Positions 40,201-46,596 of a DNA stretch of 46,596 nt are shown piece after piece. A program made the position numbers and the translations under genes. Position 1 is the stretch's first letter. Each line of letters opens with the position of its first letter. The notes beneath the pieces were generated by a model. The model saw only the letters and a program-made list of their open reading frames with translations, did not search any database and was not told the DNA's origin. Source of the DNA: Candidatus Latescibacterota bacterium (GTDB taxonomy: Bacteria > Latescibacterota > UBA2968); NCBI GenBank assembly GCA_038279365.1, contig JAYODI010000031.1, positions 9,017 through 55,612 of the forward strand. Reading direction: 5' to 3'.

Positions 40201-40758
40201 ACCTCTTACATCTTGCAACGTGAGTCCAAGACGCAACTTATCAAAGGGCTTAAATTTGGGTGTGTAAAGCAGACCCAAGTCAAAACCAAAACCTTTGGCA
40301 TTGCGCAAATTGGCCCCATTGAGATCGACGGTATGTGTGACCAGTTTGCCACTTAAACCCAATGACAACGTGGGGTGTAGACGAATACCATAAGTGGCAT
40401 TCATAATTTGAAACGCGTCTCCCAATTCTGTATCGTCAAAACTTTCGCGCAAAAAATCGATGCCCAAGGCTTGGCTTTCAAAAATGGGAAAAACAAAACT
40501 TCCATAATTGGCCTTGAGGCCCAGACCATAACGGTCGGCATAGGACCATGCAATTTCGGTGCGTTGCAAGCGGGCCACACCCGATGGGTTCCAAAACGAT
40601 GTGGAGGCATCATCACCTAGTGCGGTGACACTACCGCCCAAAGCAATGGTGCGAGCGGTGGTGGCCGCTGGGGGGCGTTCATCGGCATGGGTCACCGAGA
40701 TGGCCAATGATAGGGCGATGAGTATTTTTGAAAAGTTTTTGAAGAACGTCATACGCAT
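37213..40758 (-). CDS. PorV/FadL-like beta-barrel + transglutaminase-like domain + four TPR modules
   Basis: Signal peptide; PorV-type N-motif ARTIALGG...ALGDDAS..FWNPSG followed by amphipathic strands; GDCDD, GHIY and WIPVETT; four modules of about 130 aa, each with three TPRs. Confidence 0.8.
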   Translation of the reverse strand: MRMTFFKNFSKILIALSLAISVTHADERPPAATTARTIALGGSVTALGDDASTSFWNPSGVARLQRTEIAWSYADRYGLGLKANYGSFVFPIFESQALGIDFLRESFDDTELGDAFQIMNATYGIRLHPTLSLGLSGKLVTHTVDLNGANLRNAKGFGFDLGLLYTPKFKPFDKLRLGLTLQDVRGTNVRDDNSQREEKIFEQRLRFGAAYQAHQDVLLTLDVDDRFYTGVEYQPTSIVALRGGLNYDLSAPAGADNTMAFALGLGLKWKNIKLDYAFENHPALPATHHLSMALSYNPSLVTIKDALVRQSPVFKSLYKTYEATDFVDVVIKNSSPDPLPVTVSIDIPTLTKTPHEQSITLPPNSTDRYGFKLTFPQDILSTQSAYYDNLVQPTIQVTYAQGRSNKTTTKRINSVYVLGKGKLSWSNSRRIAAFVTPQSKTVDNFARTTLSQYSDLLHRKFPKNNIGKAALIFDALSVYGLRYQQDQTTPFLQIFEDDSVFDTVQYPYEFLQSKIGDCDDCTAIFCSMLENLNIPTAALDVNDPEYGHIYMMFDSGIAIEDAGDFFTNEKEYVIWEGGIWIPVETTLFGQSFSDAWRNGAKEYHIRKERGFINEIRIADAQQTFQPGVIPDADIALPSQAQIDELFQRDLAFFDNRLDQIAMASGVSLDSAEGLYDAGATYLRLNQLDRALEMFNQAIASDASMADAHNAKGVVLVKQREYAQALQHFNTALSLNPNDAGYRINVAIAYHLQGNKEGATKAYQEAVSANRDFAGVLDFLGRASDAVRAAAPAIDPIQMAAAQKAYDDGAAFLRLGRFERAKDAFDRTLSLNPQNADALNAKGVLETKQRNYQDALNLFNQAIQADGNNAGFYANRAIVYHLMGRKDDALREYAQAVRLDADYRGQLDVIGSLPDIDTAPVAASSVNSIQMLTSNKAYDDGAAFLRLDALDKATDAFDRALSFNAQNADALNGKAVIAIKQRNYQDALNLIDKAISAAPNNAGFYINKAIAYHLLGRKDEAQTAYQKAISLDNSVTGLLDDYLTGSSNSSSKPAMPTDGGPLTVSPLQQMAAERIYTEGAAHLRLNRLDRATDAFDRALSMNPKSADALNGKGVVETKQRNYQAALDLFDQALKYDPENAGFYANKAIAYHLLGRKADAQQAYQKAIELDADYKGYLEVLEK

Positions 40759-40767
40759 AATCCAAAA

Positions 40768-41976
40768 TTAGGGGACAATGTTGTTGCGATAGAGTTGATT
40801 GGCACTAAATGAAGGCAAGCGACTGTTAACCACATAAATATCCAGATCACCATCGTTGTCATAATCTGTGGCTACGGCAGAGATGGCACTGCCTGGGCTT
40901 GTGCTGATGCCAGCATTTGCCGTCGCGTTGGCAAATGCACCTGCACCATTGTTTTGAAGCAATGGGCTGACTTGTCCGGCACGTGAATCGGCACCATTGG
41001 CAACAAAAAGGTCGGGGTCACCATCGCGATCAAAGTCTCCCCAAGCACCTACCCAACTGATCCAAGCACCCGAGATGGATTTCATATCATTTGTGGCAAT
41101 ATTGACAAATTGATCGGCACCATTGTTTTGGTAAAGGGCATTGGCACCCACATTGGCAACGAAAAGGTCAAGGTCACCATCGGTGTCAAAGTCGATCCAG
41201 GTGGCACTTTTGCCTACGTCGGTGTTATCCATAGAAAGTGCACAGGCGACTTCGTCGAAGAAACCTGTGCCCGTGTTTTTGTAGAGTGCATTGTTTTGTT
41301 CACGATTGACAACATAGAGATCAAGGTCACCGTCTTTGTCGTAGTCACCCCAAGTGGCGTCTTGGGTGTCGCGGATGTCATTGACACCTGTTGTTGCACC
41401 CACTTCAGAAAAGGTACCATCGCCATTGTTGTGATAAAGTGAATTGCGAAAGCGCACTTTGCAAATGTAGAGATCGATGTTGCCGTCTTTGTTATAATCG
41501 CCCCAAGCAGCGGCTTGTTCGTCACCTTGAGAGATGACGTTGATGCCTGTGGATCCTGTCACATTGGAGAATGTGCCGTTGCCGTTGTTTTTATAAAACT
41601 GATCTTGAGAATCAAATTCGACAATGTAGAGATCGAGATCTCCGTCGTTGTCAAAATCGACCCAGTGGGCATCCACACTGTTTCGAGAGGCACTGTCACT
41701 AACGCCTTTGGCATTGGCCACATCTGTAAATGTGCCATTGTTGTTTTCGTATAAACGGTTGATGGCTACGGTGGGGCCTACGCCACTGCCCCAGTTGGTG
41801 ATATAAAGGTCGAGGTCGCCATCGCCATCATAGTCCCCCCAAGCCGCGTGGGTCGCCAGACGTTGTTGCGTATCTGAATTGCCTACACGCGCACTGGATG
41901 TGACGTCGGTGAAGCTGAGTTGGGCCTGGATGGGGGTGATGATGAAAAGGGATAAGAGTATGAAGATATATTTCAT
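40768..41976 (-). CDS. Secreted FG-GAP/CRTAC1-like beta-propeller protein
   Basis: Signal peptide from MKYIFILL and about seven repeats of W.D.D.DGD.DL.(V/I)...N.LY.N.G.G.F. Confidence 0.85.
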   Translation of the reverse strand: MKYIFILLSLFIITPIQAQLSFTDVTSSARVGNSDTQQRLATHAAWGDYDGDGDLDLYITNWGSGVGPTVAINRLYENNNGTFTDVANAKGVSDSASRNSVDAHWVDFDNDGDLDLYIVEFDSQDQFYKNNGNGTFSNVTGSTGINVISQGDEQAAAWGDYNKDGNIDLYICKVRFRNSLYHNNGDGTFSEVGATTGVNDIRDTQDATWGDYDKDGDLDLYVVNREQNNALYKNTGTGFFDEVACALSMDNTDVGKSATWIDFDTDGDLDLFVANVGANALYQNNGADQFVNIATNDMKSISGAWISWVGAWGDFDRDGDPDLFVANGADSRAGQVSPLLQNNGAGAFANATANAGISTSPGSAISAVATDYDNDGDLDIYVVNSRLPSFSANQLYRNNIVP

Positions 41977-42024
41977 AATGGGAGTCGCCTGCTGTTTACG
42001 ACGTTTGAGGTATAAGGATAAAGT

Positions 42025-42365
42025 ATTTTGCTTGTTTGTGTCTTCGACGACTTCTTTCTTAAAAGACACAAGAAAGAAGCAAAGAAAGTCTCTCGCTGGC
42101 CGCGAGGGCCTTTAAATGTAATTCAGTGTTTATAAGAGCGTCAACCACCCTTACCTGCCCGTGCCGTTCCCACACATCCACCCCGCACCACCTGCACAAC
42201 GGCCCACATCACCTGTGGGTGGGATTGAAGTTTGTGTTGGAACGGAAAACCTTAAGAACATAAAACACGAGTTGAGCACAATAGCTTGTGAGTTAAAAAA
42301 CAATCAGCCTACCCATCCTCGCCTTTGAGTTACGGTTTAAGCTGACGGCTGATTGCTGACAGCTT
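42025..42365. repeat. Intergenic mosaic of degenerate palindromes and short repeats
   Basis: TTGTGTCTT...AAGACACAA followed by GAAAGAAGCAAAGAAAG; CCGTTCC..CACA / TGTG..GGAACGG stem; AATCAGCC...GGCTGATT; GCTGAnn heptamers (GCTGACGGCTGATTGCTGACAGCT). Confidence 0.4.
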
Positions 42366-42433
42366 GACCAAAACTTGCGTTATCGTCCATGAAATGGATT
42401 CCATGGGTTTACAACTAAAAATGCGTCATCATG

Positions 42434-45400
42434 TTAGTTGTTGACGACGGCAACGGTTTTGCGTGCTTTTTGTCCATTGGCGTCTATGAGGACGATGTAG
42501 AGGCCACTTTTGACGGTGTTGCCTTTGTGGTCTAAACCATCCCAGGTGATCACTTGGCGACCCGCACCAAAAGATCGCCCAGGTTCGAGAATGCGTTCGA
42601 GACGACCTGTGCGGCTGTAGATTTCGATGCGCACAGTGGCTGGGGCACCCAGTTCAAAAGAAAGATCGGTTGAACCCGTAAGGGAACCCCCTGTTTGAGG
42701 GCCAATTTCTGGTCGACTTTGCCCAGGTTTGATATTGGGTTGGCCAGAAGGTGTAAAGGCGCGATTGGAGAAATCGATGTTGGTGATACCGGGTGTGCCA
42801 CTTGGGGTTGTTGATTCTTCAAAAAGACCATAGGTGCCAAATTGGTCAATGGGCACTTGTAAGTAGGTTGAGTTGGGTTCTGTGGAACCCCCTAAGCGTG
42901 TCCAGTTTGTGCCATTAAAATAATAGACACTGAGTTTTGAAAGGTCTGTGGTGTTGCCAATTTGCCAACTGAGGGTAGCGGCTTTGGAAAGGGTGAAGCT
43001 TGGTGTGGATGATATGGTATAAGCCGTGCCTATAAGAGTTGTGTTTGCAGGTGATGACGAGGGCGTTGTGGCCGTGATGACAACATCGGGATTTTCGGAT
43101 AAAGAAGGTAAAATATTGGGAGAAAAGGCGATGCTGATGAGCCCATCGAGGCTGGAGATAACTCCCCCGTTGCTTGAAGACAAAAGTGCGGGTTGTACTT
43201 CATTGACAGGCAACATTTCATTGCCTTTGCGATCTTTTGCCCCTTGCACATTGACAATGATGGTACCACCAGGTGTGGGAACATTTACTTCAAGTTCGCC
43301 CAACCAGGTGTTGCCAGTGTAGCTGATTTGAGTCACGGAGAGTGGTTCACTTACACCAGGTAATTGCAGTGTCACCAGAGGGGATACGGTATTGTCCATG
43401 CCTGCGGGTGCGTCGTCAAATTGAATAAGCACTGTTGCACGGCCTCCTTCTTGGAGGGTACGTGGGCGCACTTGAATGGGTTGGGCAATGACTGGGCGCA
43501 CGGTGTCGATGATAAAACTGTGTTCTTCGGCCCAGTTGCCAGCGGCTAGCCCGTGGTCAATGGCACGCACACTCCAAAAATATTGACCGCTGTCAAGTTG
43601 TTGGAGTTGATGCGTGGTTTTTTGAATAGAACCCTTCACTGGTGCGTGAGCACCCGATAAAATTTCGTGACCACCTGATGTGGTACCCAAGCGAAGTTGG
43701 TATGTAAGGGCATTGGCTGGGGTGCCGTTGATGTCGTTGCTTGCCGCCCAAGAAAGGGTTACGGCGTCATTTTGAGTGGTGGCAGAAAGGGTCGTGACAG
43801 TTTCTGGAATGCGATTGGGATTAAAGCGTGCTTCGAGGTTGTCATTGATACGTGTGATGGGTGGAAATGAAACACCATCGGTGGTGGTGCGGCCACTGCT
43901 GACCAGATCAAGGTCACCATCGCCATCATAATCGCCCCAAATAACGGTGGCAAAGTCAATGCCTGAAAGCACATCCATTGGTACATTTGTAAAAGTATTG
44001 TCTTGATAACGAAGCACTTGCAGGAGTAAGCCCGTAGCTGATTGTCCCACAAAAGCCAAATCGAGGTCGCCGTCGTTGTCGTAATCTCCCCAACTGAGAT
44101 CACTGGCTGCCGCTGCTGTTAGGCCCGACACATTGGCGTCGGTGAAAAGGCCCGTGCCATTGTTGTTGTAAAGGCGAGTAGCCAGCCCAGATGTAATATT
44201 GAATCCTGTGGTGCCCAAGTCGAGGTCACCGTCGTTGTCGTAATCACCAAATGCAAGGCTGCCAGCGAGCAAACCCGTAACGGTAGAACGGGTATCTGCA
44301 CTCAGGGTGCTGTTGGTGTTGGTGTAAAGCGAAAATGCGGCATCATTCGCGTCATTTATTTGACCCATTGTGGCCAAGTCGAGGTCGCCATCGTTGTCGA
44401 TATCGGCCCAAGCCAGTTTGCCATTGTCGGTGGGGGTGAGGGTTTGGGCCGTGTCTTGGGTAAAGGTGCCATCGTCATTTTTAAAAATGCCAGCAGAACG
44501 GGCTCCCAAGGCATTTCCCATCAGTGCCAAATCGAGATCACCATCGTTGTCATAATCACCCCAAGCAAGGCTGCTGTTGTTGACTTGGGTGAGGTTTGAG
44601 GCATTTGCAATATTGAGTGCAAAGTCTTCGGTTTCGCGTCGGTTGCGATAAAGGTGTGTAAAGCGATTGTTGGCATCATCGCCACCGGTAAGTGCCAAGT
44701 CGAGGTCGCCATCGTTGTCATAGTCGCCCCAAGCCAAGTCACCCGAGTGTGCGCCTTGGAGACCAATGTTGGTATTTTCGGTCAGGATATTGTTGTTGTT
44801 GGCATAGAGCAAACTGCGTGCAACCCCATCGCCATCACGGCCAGACATGGCCAAATCGAGGTCGCCATCGTTGTCATAATCGGCAAATGCGAGGGCGCTG
44901 TTTTGAAGCTGACGTACAACGTGGGTGGAACTGACCAAGTCTTGTACGCGAAAGAGATCTTCTTGTGATTCTTGAGATGTCAAAAAACCACCATCTACAG
45001 CCCGGATGCTCCAGTAGTATGTGTCGCGTGCCAAAGGAATAGACAACTGCACGGTTTTGCGATTGCCCATGTTGCTTTGGCCTGTGGCAATGGCACCCGA
45101 AAAAACGTTGTGTGCCCCAGGAGATGTACCAATACGAAGGATGTAGTTAAGCGCTGCTGAATTGGATTGTAAGTCTTTGCCATCGTTCCAGTTGAGGGTA
45201 ATGCCATTGCTGGTAACCAGTGGTGTACCCAATCGGTCAGGTGGTTGGGGCGCAGAGTTGGTAATGGCGGCATTGTTGCTGATATTGAGCACGGTTTTTC
45301 GAATGCCAGCTACGGTTTCGCCTGCTACAATCAAGTCCAAATCGCCATCGTTTTCTATATCGGCCCAACCAATGTCACCGCCACGTAGACCTTCGAGGTT

Positions 45401-46495
45401 TTGTGATTTGTCTTCGACAAACAAGGCACCTCGGCTGTTTTGTAAAACAAATGTAAAACGGTCTGATACGCTGTTTTGACCCGCGGCGGCCAAGTCGAGA
45501 TCGCCATCGTTGTCATAATCGCCCCAAGCAACACGACCAACAATGCGTGTGCTGCTAAAAAAGGGATTTTCGGTGAGAATGCCTGCAGCATTGTTATACA
45601 GGTTGAGTGTGGCCTCCCAGCCGTTGCTCCACCCCGAGAGCATGAGGTCTATGTCGCCATCATTGTCATAGTCGCCCCATTTGAGGTCACCTTGGGAGAC
45701 GGGTGTGAGATCGTTGTTGCGATCATCTCGAAGCAACGTGCCCAGTGGGTTGTTTAAGTAGATTTGTGCTTGGCGCACATTGCCTGAACCATAACCAGAA
45801 ATGGCCAAATCGAGATCGCCGTCGTTGTCAATATCTCCCCAAGCCATATTACCTTGGTTCACATTGACAATACGGCCCGTGTTAAAAACGTCTTCTTCAA
45901 ATATGGGTCGTCCACCCAATGGACTGCCAACACGACTGCGATCAATGCGACCATTTTTGTATAAAACGGTACTGACTGTGCCTCCTGTTGTCATACCCGA
46001 TATAAGAAGGTCTGCATCACCGTCTGCATCATAATCTCCCCACGCCACATTGGAATAGCGCAATGCGACAAAGCTTTGATCGGTGTCGCGTATAAATGTG
46101 CCGTTTTCGTTGCGATAAATGCGGGTAAGGCCTTCCCCACTGGCTTGAAAACCAGAAATGGCAACATCGAGGTCACCATCGCCATCGTAATCGCTCCAAG
46201 ATGCATGGCCCAAATAAATGTTGGGTAACCCTGCATTGATATCGGTAAGGGTGCCTGCATTGTTGCGATAGATACGTGCAATGGGGATACAATTTTCGGC
46301 AGGGCCTGTTAGGCCTGTTATGAGCAAGTCGGGGTCACCGTCGCCATCATAGTCGCCCCAAGCGGTAGACCCTGCCCAAATGCCAGGCAAGTTGAGATTG
46401 TTGTCGGATAAAACTTGGGCAGACGCTTGAGAAAAAAGAGAAAAACAAGCGATCACGCACACCGTCATAAAAAATTTGGATAGAGACATACGCAT
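42434..46495 (-). CDS. Large secreted FG-GAP protein: two [7-blade propeller + FN3-like] units, Ig-like domains, FlgD/T9SS-like C-terminal domain
   Basis: Signal peptide; about 14 WGDYDNDGDLDL repeats in two blocks, each followed by an FN3-like domain (..LNW..LNY.LRIGT..G...YYWSIRAVD); C-terminal VRIEIYSRTGRL...WDGLDHKG..VKSGLYIV. Confidence 0.88.
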   Translation of the reverse strand: MRMSLSKFFMTVCVIACFSLFSQASAQVLSDNNLNLPGIWAGSTAWGDYDGDGDPDLLITGLTGPAENCIPIARIYRNNAGTLTDINAGLPNIYLGHASWSDYDGDGDLDVAISGFQASGEGLTRIYRNENGTFIRDTDQSFVALRYSNVAWGDYDADGDADLLISGMTTGGTVSTVLYKNGRIDRSRVGSPLGGRPIFEEDVFNTGRIVNVNQGNMAWGDIDNDGDLDLAISGYGSGNVRQAQIYLNNPLGTLLRDDRNNDLTPVSQGDLKWGDYDNDGDIDLMLSGWSNGWEATLNLYNNAAGILTENPFFSSTRIVGRVAWGDYDNDGDLDLAAAGQNSVSDRFTFVLQNSRGALFVEDKSQNLEGLRGGDIGWADIENDGDLDLIVAGETVAGIRKTVLNISNNAAITNSAPQPPDRLGTPLVTSNGITLNWNDGKDLQSNSAALNYILRIGTSPGAHNVFSGAIATGQSNMGNRKTVQLSIPLARDTYYWSIRAVDGGFLTSQESQEDLFRVQDLVSSTHVVRQLQNSALAFADYDNDGDLDLAMSGRDGDGVARSLLYANNNNILTENTNIGLQGAHSGDLAWGDYDNDGDLDLALTGGDDANNRFTHLYRNRRETEDFALNIANASNLTQVNNSSLAWGDYDNDGDLDLALMGNALGARSAGIFKNDDGTFTQDTAQTLTPTDNGKLAWADIDNDGDLDLATMGQINDANDAAFSLYTNTNSTLSADTRSTVTGLLAGSLAFGDYDNDGDLDLGTTGFNITSGLATRLYNNNGTGLFTDANVSGLTAAAASDLSWGDYDNDGDLDLAFVGQSATGLLLQVLRYQDNTFTNVPMDVLSGIDFATVIWGDYDGDGDLDLVSSGRTTTDGVSFPPITRINDNLEARFNPNRIPETVTTLSATTQNDAVTLSWAASNDINGTPANALTYQLRLGTTSGGHEILSGAHAPVKGSIQKTTHQLQQLDSGQYFWSVRAIDHGLAAGNWAEEHSFIIDTVRPVIAQPIQVRPRTLQEGGRATVLIQFDDAPAGMDNTVSPLVTLQLPGVSEPLSVTQISYTGNTWLGELEVNVPTPGGTIIVNVQGAKDRKGNEMLPVNEVQPALLSSSNGGVISSLDGLISIAFSPNILPSLSENPDVVITATTPSSSPANTTLIGTAYTISSTPSFTLSKAATLSWQIGNTTDLSKLSVYYFNGTNWTRLGGSTEPNSTYLQVPIDQFGTYGLFEESTTPSGTPGITNIDFSNRAFTPSGQPNIKPGQSRPEIGPQTGGSLTGSTDLSFELGAPATVRIEIYSRTGRLERILEPGRSFGAGRQVITWDGLDHKGNTVKSGLYIVLIDANGQKARKTVAVVNN

Positions 46496-46596
46496 TCCAA
46501 AATTGCTGGATTTTTAAAGAATAATAAAAAAGAAGAAGCTGAACGAAAATCTAACTCTATCATAAAGTTAAGTCAAAGGAAATATCGGGCGCAGAA

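Noticed and set aside
43900..46370. Recurrent GTCGCCATCGTTGTC-type nucleotide repeats as an array
   Set aside because: They are the codons of the FG-GAP DNDGDLD motifs within one ORF.

Overview
Bacterial chromosomal origin region, roughly 43% GC by eye. The gene and domain repertoire suggests the FCB superphylum, perhaps a Latescibacterota-like lineage (inference). The left arm on the minus strand holds an S4/Hsp15 protein, two SurA/PrsA-type PPIases, mfd, tRNA-Asp, gyrA-gyrB-dciA-recF-dnaN and dnaA, with hom on the plus strand. oriC (DnaA-box cluster, IHF-like site, DnaA-trios) lies between dnaA and dnaN. The right arm holds rpmH-rnpA-yidC-mnmE, three perfect parS sites, a nucleotidyltransferase in the usual mnmG position, rsmG, an XRE regulator, an FAH-family gene, fumC, a cyclophilin lipoprotein, a CDP-alcohol phosphatidyltransferase, tmk and an S41 protease. 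The last 13 kb is an accessory envelope/signalling cluster: two FG-GAP beta-propeller proteins (one with a T9SS/FlgD-like C-terminal domain), a PorV-like barrel fused to a transglutaminase-like domain and four TPR modules, a small secreted TPR protein with a FecR-like VAGVRG motif, and a CHASE2 adenylate cyclase. A CRP-like site sits at about -41.5 of the small protein's predicted promoter. The most interesting candidates are (1) this putative trans-envelope cAMP signalling/adhesin-processing system, (2) a GyrA C-gate-like helical insert inside the S41 protease, and (3) a candidate UCCC-motif sRNA, with the same motif recurring in several 5' leaders including that of dnaA. All family assignments come from motif recognition, not database searches.
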